From NCBI GenBank assembly GCA_950097015.1, contig CATNEN010000025.1, positions 5,456,001-5,520,000 of the forward strand: a stretch of 64,000 nucleotides of DNA. Reading direction: 5' to 3'. The position numbers and the translations under genes are program-made. Positions 48,634 to 63,600 of the stretch are shown here, one piece after another. The notes below the pieces were generated by a model. That model did no database searches and was not told the DNA's origin. It saw only the letters and a list, made by a program, of their open reading frames with translations. The stretch's first letter is position 1, and the number at the start of each line of letters is the position of its first letter. The DNA comes from Macrostomum hystrix (taxonomy: Eukaryota > Animalia > Platyhelminthes).

Positions 48634-51600
48634 TGTGTTATCTACCCCCAAATCCTACTGGGTGTGTGTTATCTACCCCCAAATCCTACAGAGTGTGTGT
48701 TATCTCCCCCCAAATCCTACAGGGTGTGTGTTATCTACCCCCAAATCCTACTGGGTGTGTGTTATCTCCCCCCAAATCCTACAGAGTGTGTGTTATCTCC
48801 CCCCAAATCCTACAGGGTGTGTGTTATCTCCCCCAAAATCCTACAGAGTGTGTGTTATCTACCCCCAAATCCTACAGGGTGTGTGTTACCTCCCCCAAAT
48901 CCTACAGGGTGCGTGTTATCTACCCCCCAAACCTACAGAGTGTGTGTTATCTACCCCCAAATCCTACAGGGTGTGTGTTATCTCCCCCAAATCCTACAGG
49001 GTGTGTGTTATCTCCCCCAAATCCTACAGGGTGTGTTATATCCTCCCCAAATCCTACAGGGTGTGTGTTATCTACCCCAATCCTACATGGTGTGTGTTAT
49101 CTACCCCAATCCTACATGGCGTGTGTTATATCCTCCCCAAATTCTGCAGTGTGTGTGTTATATCCGCCCCAAATCCTACAGGGTGTGTGTTATCTCCCCC
49201 AAATCCTACAGGGTGTGTGTTATCTACCCCCAAATCCTACAGCGGTGTGTGTTATCTACCCCCAAATCCTACAGGGTGTGTGTTATATCCTCCCCAAATC
49301 CTACATGGTGTGTGTTATCTACCCCCAAATCCTACATGGTGTGTGTTATCTACCCCAATCCTACTGGGTGTGTGTTATATCCTCCCCAAATTCTGCAGCG
49401 TGTGTGTTATCTACCCCCAAATCCTACAGGGTGTGTGTTATATCCTCCCCAAATCCTACATGGTGTGTGTTATATCCTCCCCAAATCCTACAGGGTGTGT
49501 GTTATCTACCCCAATCCTACAGGGTGTGTGTTATACCCTCCCCAAATCCTACAGGGTGTGTGTTATATCCGCCCCAAATCCTACAGGGTGTGTGTTATCT
49601 ACCCCAATCCTACTGGGTGTGTGTTATATCCTCCCCAAATTCTGCAGCGTGTGTGTTATATCCTCCCCAAATCCTACACGGTGTGTGTTATATCCGCCCC
49701 AAATCCTACAGGGTGTGTGTTATATCCTCCCCAAATCCTACATGGTGTGTGTTATCTACCCCCAAATTCTGCAGCGTGTGTGTTATATCCTCCCCAAATC
49801 CTACAGGGTGTGTGTTATCTACCCCAATCCTACAGGGTGTGTGTTATGCCCTCCCCAAATCCTACAGGGTGTGTGTTATATCCGCCCCAAATCCTACAGT
49901 GGTGTTATCTACCCCCAAATCCTACTGGGTGTGTGTTATCTCCCCCCAAATCCTACAGGGTGTGTGTTATATCCTCCCCAAATCCTACAGGGTGTGTGTT
50001 ATATCCTCCCCAAATCCTACAGGGTGTGTGTTATCTACCCCCAAATCCTACAGCGGTGGTTGTGATCTACCCCAATCCTACATGGTGTGTGTTATATCCT
50101 ACCCAAATCCTACAGGGTGTGTGTTATCTACCCCCAAATCCTACAGAGTGTGTGTTATCTCCCCCCAAATCCTACAGTGGTGTGTGTTATATCCTCCCCA
50201 AATCCTACAGGGTGTGTGTTATATCCTCCCCAAATCCTACAGGGTGTGTGTCATCTACCCCCAAATCCTACAGCGGTGTGTGTTATCTACCCCCAAATCC
50301 TACAGCGGTGTGTGTTATCTACCCCCAAATCCTACAGCGGTGTGTGTTATCTACCCCAATCCTACATGGTGTGTGTTATATCCTACCCAAATCCTACAGG
50401 GTGTGTGTTATATCCTACCCAAATCCTACAGTGGTGTGTCATCTACCCCCAAATCCTACAGGGTGTGTGTTATATCCTACCCAAATCCTACAGTGGTGTG
50501 TCATCTACCCCCAAATGCTACAGGGTGTGTGTTATCTACCCCCAAATCCTACAGGGTGTGTGTTATCTCCCCCCAAATCCTACAGGGTGTGTGTTATCTA
50601 CCCCCAAATCCTACAGGGTGTGTGTTATCTACCCCCAAATCCTACAGGGTGTGTGTTATCTACCCCCAAATCCTACAGGGTGTGTGTTATCTCCCCCAAA
50701 TCCTACAGGGTGTGTGTTATCTACCCCCAAATCCTACAGGGTGTGTGTTATCTCCCCCAAATCCTACAGTGGTGTGTCATCTACCCCCAAATCCTACAGG
50801 GTGTGTGTTATCTACCCCCAAATCCTACAGGGTGTGTGTTATATCCTACCCAAATCCTACAGTGGTGTGTCATCTACCCCCAAATCCTACAGGGTGTGTG
50901 TTATATCCTCCCCAAATCCTACAGGGTGTGTGTTATCTACCCCAATCCTACTGGGTGTGTGTTATCTCCCCCCAAATCCTACAGGGTGTGTGTTATATCC
51001 TCCCCAAATCCTACAGGGTGTGTGTTATATCCTCCCCAAATCCTACAGGGTGTGTGTTATCTACCCCCAAATCCTACAGCGGTGTGTGTTATCTACCCCA
51101 ATCCTACATGGTGTGTGTTATATCCTACCCAAATCCTACAGGGTGTGTGTTATCTACCCCCAAATCCTACAGAGTGTGTGTTATCTCCCCCCAAATCCTA
51201 CAGTGGTGTGTGTTATATCCTCCCCAAATCCTACAGGGTGTGTGTTATATCCTCCCCAAATCCTACAGGGTGTGTGTTATCTACCCCCAAATCCTACAGC
51301 GGTGTGTGTTATCTACCCCCAAATCCTACAGCGGTGTGTGTTATCTACCCCCAAATCCTACAGCGGTGTGTGTTATCTACCCCAATCCTACATGGTGTGT
51401 GTTATATCCTACCCAAATCCTACAGGGTGTGTGTTATATCCTACCCAAATCCTACAGTGGTGTGTCATCTACCCCCAAATCCTACAGGGTGTGTGTTATA
51501 TCCTACCCAAATCCTACAGTGGTGTGTCATCTACCCCCAAATCCTACAGGGTGTGTGTTATATCCTACCCAAATCCTACAGTGGTGTGTCATCTACCCCC

Positions 51601-54600
51601 AAATCCTACAGGGTGTGTGTTATCTACCCCCAAATCCTACAGGGTGTGTGTTATATCCTCCCCAAATCCTACATGGTGTGTGTTATATCCTCCCCAAATC
51701 CTACAGGGTGTGTGTTATCTACCCCAATCCTACAGGGTGTGTGTTATACCCTCCCCAAATCCTACAGGGTGTGTGTTATATCCGCCCCAAATCCTACAGG
51801 GTGTGTGTTATCTACCCCAATCCTACTGGGTGTGTGTTATATCCTCCCCAAATTCTGCAGCGTGTGTGTTATATCCTCCCCAAATCCTACAGGGTGTGTG
51901 TTATATCCGCCCCAAATCCTACAGGGTGTGTGTTATATCCTCCCCAAATCCTACATGGTGTGTGTTATCTACCCCCAAATTCTGCAGCGTGTGTGTTATA
52001 TCCTCCCCAAATCCTACAGGGTGTGTGTTATCTACCCCAATCCTACAGGGTGTGTGTTATGCCCTCCCCAAATCCTACAGGGTGTGTGTTATATCCGCCC
52101 CAAATCCTACAGTGGTGTGTTATCTACCCCCAAATCCTACTGGGTGTGTGTTATCTCCCCCCAAATCCTACAGGGTGTGTGTTATATCCTCCCCAAATCC
52201 TACAGGGTGTGTGTTATATCCTCCCCAAATCCTACAGGGTGTGTGTTATCTACCCCCAAATCCTACAGCGGTGGTTGTGATCTACCCCAATCCTACATGG
52301 TGTGTGTTATATCCTACCCAAATCCTACAGGGTGTGTGTTATCTACCCCCAAATCCTACAGAGTGTGTGTTATCTCCCCCCAAATCCTACAGTGGTGTGT
52401 GTTATATCCTCCCCAAATCCTACAGGGTGTGTGTTATATCCTCCCCAAATCCTACAGGGTGTGTGTCATCTACCCCCAAATCCTACAGCGGTGTGTGTTA
52501 TCTACCCCCAAATCCTACAGCGGTGTGTGTTATCTACCCCCAAATCCTACAGCGGTGTGTGTTATCTACCCCAATCCTACATGGTGTGTGTTATATCCTA
52601 CCCAAATCCTACAGGGTGTGTGTTATATCCTACCCAAATCCTACAGTGGTGTGTCATCTACCCCCAAATCCTACAGGGTGTGTGTTATATCCTACCCAAA
52701 TCCTACAGTGGTGTGTCATCTACCCCCAAATCCTACAGGGTGTGTGTTATCTACCCCCAAATCCTACAGGGTGTGTGTTATCTCCCCCCAAATCCTACAG
52801 GGTGTGTGTTATCTACCCCCAAATCCTACAGGGTGTGTGTTATCTACCCCCAAATCCTACAGGGTGTGTGTTATCTACCCCCAAATCCTACAGGGTGTGT
52901 GTTATCTCCCCCAAATCCTACAGGGTGTGTGTTATCTACCCCCAAATCCTACAGGGTGTGTGTTATCTCCCTCAAATCCTACAGTGGTGTGTCATCTACC
53001 CCCAAATCCTACAGGGTGTGTGTTATCTACCCCCAAATCCTACAGGGTGTGTGTTATATCCTACCCAAATCCTACAGTGGTGTGTCATCTACCCCCAAAT
53101 CCTACAGGGTGTGTGTTATATCCTCCCCAAATCCTACAGGGTGTGTGTTATCTACCCCAATCCTACTGGGTGTGTGTTATCTCCCCCCAAATCCTACAGG
53201 GTGTGTGTTATATCCTCCCCAAATCCTACAGGGTGTGTGTTATATCCTCCCCAAATCCTACAGGGTGTGTGTTATCTACCCCCAAATCCTACAGCGGTGT
53301 GTGTTATCTACCCCAATCCTACATGGTGTGTGTTATATCCTACCCAAATCCTACAGGGTGTGTGTTATCTACCCCCAAATCCTACAGAGTGTGTGTTATC
53401 TCCCCCCAAATCCTACAGTGGTGTGTGTTATATCCTCCCCAAATCCTACAGGGTGTGTGTTATATCCTCCCCAAATCCTACAGGGTGTGTGTTATCTACC
53501 CCCAAATCCTACAGCGGTGTGTGTTATCTACCCCCAAATCCTACAGCGGTGTGTGTTATCTACCCCCAAATCCTACAGCGGTGTGTGTTATCTACCCCAA
53601 TCCTACATGGTGTGTGTTATATCCTACCCAAATCCTACAGGGTGTGTGTTATATCCTACCCAAATCCTACAGTGGTGTGTCATCTACCCCCAAATCCTAC
53701 AGGGTGTGTGTTATATCCTACCCAAATCCTACAGTGGTGTGTCATCTACCCCCAAATCCTACAGGGTGTGTGTTATATCCTACCCAAATCCTACAGTGGT
53801 GTGTCATCTACCCCCAAATCCTACAGGGTGTGTGTTATCTACCCCCAAATCCTACAGGGTGTGTGTTATCTCCCCCCCAAATCCTACAGGGTGTGTGTTA
53901 TCTACCCCCAAATCCTACAGGGTGTGTGTTATCTACCCCCAAATCCTACAGGGTGTGTGTTATCTACCCCCAAATCCTACAGGGTGTGTGTTATCTCCCC
54001 CCAAATCCTTCAGGGTGTGTGTTATCTACCCCCAAATCCTACAGGGTGTGTGTTATCTACCCCCAAATCCTACAGGGTGTGTGTTATCTACCCCCAAATC
54101 CTACAGTGGTGTGTGTTATCTACCCCCAAATCCTACAGCGGTGTGTGTTATCTACCCCCAAATCCTACAGGGTGTGTGTTATCTACCCCCAAATCCTACA
54201 GCGGTGTGTGTTATCTACCCCCAAATTCTACAGCGGTGTGTGTTATCTACCCCCAAATCCTACAGCGGTGTGTGTTATCTACCCCAATCCTACATGGTGT
54301 GTGTTATATCCTACCCAAATCCTACAGGGTGTGTGTTATATCCTTCCCAAATCCTACAGTGGTGTGTCATCTACCCCCAAATCCTACAGGGTGTGTGTTA
54401 TATCCTACCCAAATCCTACAGTGGTGTGTCATCTACCCCCAAATCCTACAGGGTGTGTGTTATATCCTACCCAAATCCTACAGTGGTGTGTCATCTACCC
54501 CCAAATCCTACAGGGTGTGTGTTATCTACCCCCAAATCCTACAGGGTGTGTGTTATCTCCCCCCAAATCCTACAGGGTGTGTGTTATCTACCCCCAAATC

Positions 54601-57600
54601 CTACAGGGTGTGTGTTATCTACCCCCAAATCCTACAGCGGTGGTTGTGATCTACCCCAATCCTACATGGTGTGTGTTATATCCTCCCCAAATCCTACAGG
54701 GTGTGTGTTATATCCTCCCCAAATCCTACAGGGTGTGTGTTATCTACCCCCAAATCCTACAGCGGTGGTTGTGATCTACCCCAATCCTACATGGTGTGTG
54801 TTATATCCTACCCAAATCCTACAGGGTGTGTGTTATCTACCCCCAAATCCTACAGAGTGTGTGTTATCTCCCCCCAAATCCTACAGTGGTGTGTGTTATA
54901 TCCTCCCCAAATCCTACAGGGTGTGTGTTATATCCTCCCCAAATCCTACAGGGTGTGTGTCATCTACCCCCAAATCCTACAGCGGTGTGTGTTATCTACC
55001 CCCAAATCCTACAGCGGTGTGTGTTATCTACCCCCAAATCCTACAGCGGTGTGTGTTATCTACCCCAATCCTACATGGTGTGTGTTATATCCTACCCAAA
55101 TCCTACAGGGTGTGTGTTATATCCTACCCAAATCCTACAGTGGTGTGTCATCTACCCCCAAATCCTACAGGGTGTGTGTTATATCCTACCCAAATCCTAC
55201 AGTGGTGTGTCATCTACCCCCAAATCCTACAGGGTGTGTGTTATCTACCCCCAAATCCTACAGGGTGTGTGTTATCTCCCCCCAAATCCTACAGGGTGTG
55301 TGTTATCTACCCCCAAATCCTACAGGGTGTGTGTTATCTACCCCCAAATCCTACAGGGTGTGTGTTATCTACCCCCAAATCCTACAGGGTGTGTGTTATC
55401 TCCCCCAAATCCTACAGGGTGTGTGTTATCTACCCCCAAATCCTACAGGGTGTGTGTTATCTCCCTCAAATCCTACAGTGGTGTGTCATCTACCCCCAAA
55501 TCCTACAGGGTGTGTGTTATCTACCCCCAAATCCTACAGGGTGTGTGTTATATCCTACCCAAATCCTACAGTGGTGTGTCATCTACCCCCAAATCCTACA
55601 GGGTGTGTGTTATATCCTCCCCAAATCCTACAGGGTGTGTGTTATCTACCCCAATCCTACTGGGTGTGTGTTATCTCCCCCCAAATCCTACAGGGTGTGT
55701 GTTATATCCTCCCCAAATCCTACAGGGTGTGTGTTATATCCTCCCCAAATCCTACAGGGTGTGTGTTATCTACCCCCAAATCCTACAGCGGTGTGTGTTA
55801 TCTACCCCAATCCTACATGGTGTGTGTTATATCCTACCCAAATCCTACAGGGTGTGTGTTATCTACCCCCAAATCCTACAGAGTGTGTGTTATCTCCCCC
55901 CAAATCCTACAGTGGTGTGTGTTATATCCTCCCCAAATCCTACAGGGTGTGTGTTATATCCTCCCCAAATCCTACAGGGTGTGTGTTATCTACCCCCAAA
56001 TCCTACAGCGGTGTGTGTTATCTACCCCCAAATCCTACAGCGGTGTGTGTTATCTACCCCCAAATCCTACAGCGGTGTGTGTTATCTACCCCAATCCTAC
56101 ATGGTGTGTGTTATATCCTACCCAAATCCTACAGGGTGTGTGTTATATCCTACCCAAATCCTACAGTGGTGTGTCATCTACCCCCAAATCCTACAGGGTG
56201 TGTGTTATATCCTACCCAAATCCTACAGTGGTGTGTCATCTACCCCCAAATCCTACAGGGTGTGTGTTATATCCTACCCAAATCCTACAGTGGTGTGTCA
56301 TCTACCCCCAAATCCTACAGGGTGTGTGTTATCTACCCCCAAATCCTACAGGGTGTGTGTTATCTCCCCCCCAAATCCTACAGGGTGTGTGTTATCTACC
56401 CCCAAATCCTACAGGGTGTGTGTTATCTACCCCCAAATCCTACAGGGTGTGTGTTATCTACCCCCAAATCCTACAGGGTGTGTGTTATCTCCCCCCAAAT
56501 CCTTCAGGGTGTGTGTTATCTACCCCCAAATCCTACAGGGTGTGTGTTATCTACCCCCAAATCCTACAGGGTGTGTGTTATCTACCCCCAAATCCTACAG
56601 TGGTGTGTGTTATCTACCCCCAAATCCTACAGCGGTGTGTGTTATCTACCCCCAAATCCTACAGGGTGTGTGTTATCTACCCCCAAATCCTACAGCGGTG
56701 TGTGTTATCTACCCCCAAATTCTACAGCGGTGTGTGTTATCTACCCCCAAATCCTACAGCGGTGTGTGTTATCTACCCCAATCCTACATGGTGTGTGTTA
56801 TATCCTACCCAAATCCTACAGGGTGTGTGTTATATCCTTCCCAAATCCTACAGTGGTGTGTCATCTACCCCCAAATCCTACAGGGTGTGTGTTATATCCT
56901 ACCCAAATCCTACAGTGGTGTGTCATCTACCCCCAAATCCTACAGGGTGTGTGTTATATCCTACCCAAATCCTACAGTGGTGTGTCATCTACCCCCAAAT
57001 CCTACAGGGTGTGTGTTATCTACCCCCAAATCCTACAGGGTGTGTGTTATCTCCCCCCAAATCCTACAGGGTGTGTGTTATCTACCCCCAAATCCTACAG
57101 GGTGTGTGTTATCTACCCCCAAATCCTACAGGGTGTGTGTTATCTACCCCCAAATCCTACAGGGTGTGTGTTATCTCCCCCCAAATCCTACAGGGTGTGT
57201 GTTATCTACCCCCAAATCCTACAGGGTGTGTGTTATCTACCCCCAAATCCTACAGGGTGTGTGTTATCTCCCCCCAAATCCTACAGGGTGTGTGTTATCT
57301 ACCCCCAAATCCTACAGGGTGTGTGTAATCTCCCCCAAATCCTACAGGGTGTGTGTTATCTACCCCCAAATCCTACAGGGTGTGTGTTATCTACCCCCAA
57401 ATCCTACAGGGTGTGTGTTATCTACCCCCAAATCCTACAGTGGTGTGTGTTATCTACCCCCAAATCCTACAGCGGTGTGTGTTATCTACCCCCAAATCCT
57501 ACAGGGTGTGTGTTATCTACCCCCAAATCCTACAGGGTGTGTGTTATCTACCCCCAAATCCTACAGTGGTGTGTGTTATCTACCCCCAAATCCTACTGGG

Positions 57601-60600
57601 TGTGTGTTATCTACCCCCAAATCCTACTGGGTGTGTGTTATCTACCCCCAAATCCTACTGGGTGTGTGTTATCTACCCCCAAATCCTACAGGGTGTGTGT
57701 TATCTACCCCCAAATCCTACAGGGTGTGTGTTATATCCTACCCAAATCCTACAGGGTGTGTGTTATCTACCCCCAAATCCTACAGGGTGTGTGTTATCTA
57801 CCCCCAAATCCTACTGGGTGTGTGTTATCTACCCCCAAATCCTACAGGGTGTGTGTTATCTACCCCCAAATCCTACTGGGTGTGTGTTATCTACCCCCAA
57901 ATCCTACAGGGTGTGTGTTATCTACCCCCAAATCCTACAGGGTGTGTGTTATCTACCCCCAAATCCTACAGGGTGTGTGTTATCTCCCCCCAAATCCTAC
58001 AGGGTGTGTGTTATCTACCCCCAAATCCTACAGGGTGTGTGTTATCTCCCCCAAATCCTACAGGGTGTGTGTTATCTACCCCCAAATCCTACAGGGTGTG
58101 TGTTATCTACCCCCAAATCCTACAGTGGTGTGTGTTATCTACCCCCAAATCCTACAGCGGTGTGTGTTATCTACCCCCAAATCCTACAGGGTGTGTGTTA
58201 TCTACCCCCAAATCCTACAGGGTGTGTGTTATCTACCCCCAAATCCTACAGTGGTGTGTGTTATCTACCCTCAAATCCTACTGGGTGTGTGTTATCTACC
58301 CCCAAATCCTACTGGGTGTGTGTTATCTACCCCCAAATCCTACTGGGTGTGTGTTATCTACCCCCAAATCCTACTGGGTGTGTGTCATCTACCCCCAAAT
58401 CCTACTGGGTGTGTGTTATCTACCCCCAAATCCTACTGGGTGTGTGTTATCTACCCCCAAATCCTACTGGGTGTGTGTTATCTACCCCCAAATCCTACTG
58501 GGTGTGTGTCATCTACCCCCAAATCCTACTGGGTGTGTGTTATCTACCCCCAAATCCTACAGGGTGTGTGTTATCTACCCCCAAATCCTACTGGGTGTGT
58601 GTTATCTATCCCCAAATCCTACAGGGTGTGTGTTATCTACCCCCAAATCCTACAGGGTGTGTGTTATATCCTACCCAAATCCTACAGGGTGTGTGTTATC
58701 TACCCCCAAATCCTACAGGGTGTGTGTTATCTACCCCCAAATCCTACTGGGTGTGTGTTATCTACCCCCAAATCCTACAGGGTGTGTGTTATCTACCCCC
58801 AAATCCTACTGGGTGTGTGTTATCTACCCCCAAATCCTACAGGGTGTGTGTTATCTACCCCCAAATCCTACAGGGTGTGTGTTATATCCTACCCAAATCC
58901 TACAGGGTGTGTGTTATCTACCCCCAAATCCTACAGGGTGTGTGTTATCTACCCCCAAATCCTACTGGTGTGTGTTATCTACCCCCAAATCCTACAGGGT
59001 GTGTGTTATCTACCCCCAAATCCTACAGGGTGTGTGTTATATCCTACCCAAATCCTACAGGGTGTGTGTTATCTACCCCCAAATCCTACAGGGTGTGTGT
59101 TATCTCCCCCCAAATCCTACTGGGTGTGTGTTATCTACCCCCAAATCCTACAGGGTGTGTGTTATCTACCCCCAAATCCTACTGGGTGTGTGTTATCTAC
59201 CCCCAAATCCTACAGTGGTGTGTTATCTACCCCCAAATCCTACAGGGTGTGTGTTATCTACCCCCAAATCCTACAGGGTGTGTGTTATCTACCCCCAAAT
59301 CCTACAGGGTGTGTGTTATCTACCCCCAAATCCTACAGTGGTGTGTGTTATCTACCCCCAAATCCTACAGCGGTGTGTGTTATCTACCCCCAAATCCTAC
59401 AGGGTGTGTGTTATCTACCCCCAAATCCTACAGGGTGTGTGTTATCTACCCCCAAATCCTACAGTGGTGTGTGTTATCTACCCCCAAATCCTACTGGGTG
59501 TGTGTTATCTACCCCCAAATCCTACTTGGTGTGTGTTATCTACCCCCAAATCCTACTGGGTGTGTGTTATCTACCCCCAAATCCTACTGGGTGTGTGTCA
59601 TCTACCCCCAAATCCTACTGGGTGTGTGTTATCTACCCCCAAATCCTACTGGGTGTGTGTTATCTACCCCAAATCCTACTGGGTGTGTGTTATCTACCCC
59701 CAAATCCTACTGGGTGTGTGTCATCTACCCCCAAATCCTACTGGGTGTGTGTTATCTACCCCCAAATCCTACAGGGTGTGTGTTATCTACCCCCAAATCC
59801 TACTGGGTGTGTGTTATCTACCCCCAAATCCTACAGGGTGTGTGTTATCTACCCCCAAATCCTACAGGGTGTGTGTTATATCCTACCCAAATCCTACAGG
59901 GTGTGTGTTATCTACCCCCAAATCCTACAGGGTGTGTGTTATCTACCCCCAAATCCTACTGGGTGTGTGTTATCTACCCCCAAATCCTACAGGGTGTGTG
60001 TTATCTACCCCCAAATCCTACTGGGTGTGTGTTATCTACCCCCAAATCCTACAGGGTGTGTGTTATCTACCCCCAAATCCTACAGGGTGTGTGTTATATC
60101 CTACCCAAATCCTACAGGGTGTGTGTTATCTACCCCCAAATCCTACAGGGTGTGTGTTATCTACCCCCAAATCCTACTGGGTGTGTGTTATCTACCCCCA
60201 AATCCTACAGGGTGTGTGTTATCTACCCCCAAATCCTACAGGGTGTGTGTTATATCCTACCCAAATCCTACAGGGTGTGTGTTATCTACCCCCAAATCCT
60301 ACAGGGTGTGTGTTATCTACCCCCAAATCCTACTGGGTGTGTGTTATCTACCCCCAAATCCTACAGCGGTGTGTGTTATCTACCCCCAAATTCTACAGCG
60401 GTGTGTGTTATCTACCCCCAAATCCTACAGCGGTGTGTGTTATCTACCCCAATCCTACATGGTGTGTGTTATATCCTACCCAAATCCTACAGGGTGTGTG
60501 TTATATCCTTCCCAAATCCTACAGTGGTGTGTCATCTACCCCCAAATCCTACAGGGTGTGTGTTATATCCTACCCAAATCCTACAGTGGTGTGTCATCTA

Positions 60601-63600
60601 CCCCCAAATCCTACAGGGTGTGTGTTATATCCTACCCAAATCCTACAGTGGTGTGTCATCTACCCCCAAATCCTACAGGGTGTGTGTTATCTACCCCCAA
60701 ATCCTACAGGGTGTGTGTTATCTCCCCCCAAATCCTACAGGGTGTGTGTTATCTACCCCCAAATCCTACAGGGTGTGTGTTATCTACCCCCAAATCCTAC
60801 AGGGTGTGTGTTATCTACCCCCAAATCCTACAGGGTGTGTGTTATCTCCCCCCAAATCCTACAGGGTGTGTGTTATCTACCCCCAAATCCTACAGGGTGT
60901 GTGTTATCTCCCCCAAATCCTACAGGGTGTGTGTTATCTACCCCCAAATCCTACAGGGTGTGTGTTATCTCCCTCAAATCCTACAGTGGTGTGTCATCTA
61001 CCCCCAAATCCTACAGGGTGTGTGTTATCTACCCCCAAATCCTACAGGGTGTGTGTTATATCCTACCCAAATCCTACAGTGGTGTGTCATCTACCCCCAA
61101 ATCCTACAGGGTGTGTGTTATATCCTCCCCAAATCCTACAGGGTGTGTGTTATCTACCCCAATCCTACTGGGTGTGTGTTATCTCCCCCCAAATCCTACA
61201 GGGTGTGTGTTATATCCTCCCCAAATCCTACAGGGTGTGTGTTATATCCTCCCCAAATCCTACAGGGTGTGTGTTATCTACCCCCAAATCCTACAGCGGT
61301 GTGTGTTATCTACCCCAATCCTACATGGTGTGTGTTATATCCTACCCAAATCCTACAGGGTGTGTGTTATCTACCCCCAAATCCTACAGAGTGTGTGTTA
61401 TCTCCCCCCAAATCCTACAGTGGTGTGTGTTATATCCTCCCCAAATCCTACAGGGTGTGTGTTATATCCTCCCCAAATCCTACAGGGTGTGTGTTATCTA
61501 CCCCCAAATCCTACAGCGGTGTGTGTTATCTACCCCCAAATCCTACAGCGGTGTGTGTTATCTACCCCCAAATCCTACAGCGGTGTGTGTTATCTACCCC
61601 AATCCTACATGGTGTGTGTTATATCCTACCCAAATCCTACAGGGTGTGTGTTATATCCTACCCAAATCCTACAGTGGTGTGTCATCTACCCCCAAATCCT
61701 ACAGGGTGTGTGTTATATCCTACCCAAATCCTACAGTGGTGTGTCATCTACCCCCAAATCCTACAGGGTGTGTGTTATATCCTACCCAAATCCTACAGTG
61801 GTGTGTCATCTACCCCCAAATCCTACAGGGTGTGTGTTATCTACCCCCAAATCCTACAGGGTGTGTGTTATCTCCCCCCCAAATCCTACAGGGTGTGTGT
61901 TATCTACCCCCAAATCCTACAGGGTGTGTGTTATCTACCCCCAAATCCTACAGGGTGTGTGTTATCTACCCCCAAATCCTACAGGGTGTGTGTTATCTCC
62001 CCCCAAATCCTTCAGGGTGTGTGTTATCTACCCCAAATCCTACAGGGTGTGTGTTATCTACCCCCAAATCCTACAGGGTGTGTGTTATCTACCCCCAAAT
62101 CCTACAGTGGTGTGTGTTATCTACCCCCAAATCCTACAGCGGTGTGTGTTATCTACCCCCAAATCCTACAGGGTGTGTGTTATCTACCCCCAAATCCTAC
62201 AGCGGTGTGTGTTATCTACCCCCAAATTCTACAGCGGTGTGTGTTATCTACCCCCAAATCCTACAGCGGTGTGTGTTATCTACCCCAATCCTACATGGTG
62301 TGTGTTATATCCTACCCAAATCCTACAGGGTGTGTGTTATATCCTTCCCAAATCCTACAGTGGTGTGTCATCTACCCCCAAATCCTACAGGGTGTGTGTT
62401 ATATCCTACCCAAATCCTACAGTGGTGTGTCATCTACCCCCAAATCCTACAGGGTGTGTGTTATATCCTACCCAAATCCTACAGTGGTGTGTCATCTACC
62501 CCCAAATCCTACAGGGTGTGTGTTATCTACCCCCAAATCCTACAGGGTGTGTGTTATCTCCCCCCAAATCCTACAGGGTGTGTGTTATCTACCCCCAAAT
62601 CCTACAGGGTGTGTGTTATCTACCCCCAAATCCTACAGGGTGTGTGTTATCTACCCCCAAATCCTACAGGGTGTGTGTTATCTCCCCCCAAATCCTACAG
62701 GGTGTGTGTTATCTACCCCCAAATCCTACAGGGTGTGTGTTATCTACCCCCAAATCCTACAGGGTGTGTGTTATCTCCCCCCAAATCCTACAGGGTGTGT
62801 GTTATCTACCCCCAAATCCTACAGGGTGTGTGTAATCTCCCCCAAATCCTACAGGGTGTGTGTTATCTACCCCCAAATCCTACAGGGTGTGTGTTATGTA
62901 CCCCCAAATCCTACAGGGTGTGTGTTATCTACCCCCAAATCCTACAGTGGTGTGTGTTATCTACCCCCAAATCCTACAGCGGTGTGTGTTATCTACCCCC
63001 AAATCCTACAGGGTGTGTGTTATCTACCCCCAAATCCTACAGGGTGTGTGTTATCTACCCCCAAATCCTACAGTGGTGTGTGTTATCTACCCCCAAATCC
63101 TACTGGGTGTGTGTTATCTACCCCCAAATCCTACTGGGTGTGTGTTATCTACCCCCAAATCCTACTGGGTGTGTGTTATCTACCCCCAAATCCTACAGGG
63201 TGTGTGTTATCTACCCCCAAATCCTACAGGGTGTGTGTTATATCCTACCCAAATCCTACAGGGTGTGTGTTATCTACCCCCAAATCCTACAGGGTGTGTG
63301 TTATCTACCCCCAAATCCTACTGGGTGTGTGTTATCTACCCCCAAATCCTACAGGGTGTGTGTTATCTACCCCCAAATCCTACTGGGTGTGTGTTATCTA
63401 CCCCCAAATCCTACAGGGTGTGTGTTATCTACCCCCAAATCCTACAGGGTGTGTGTTATCTACCCCCAAATCCTACAGGGTGTGTGTTATCTCCCCCCAA
63501 ATCCTACAGGGTGTGTGTTATCTACCCCCAAATCCTACAGGGTGTGTGTTATCTCCCCCAAATCCTACAGGGTGTGTGTTATCTACCCCCAAATCCTACA

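Noticed and set aside
48556-62835. Giant 476-2679-aa ORFs as real genes
   Set aside because: They overlap in all three frames with the same rotating peptides and simply reflect a stop-free satellite unit; there is no domain, codon structure or splice context.
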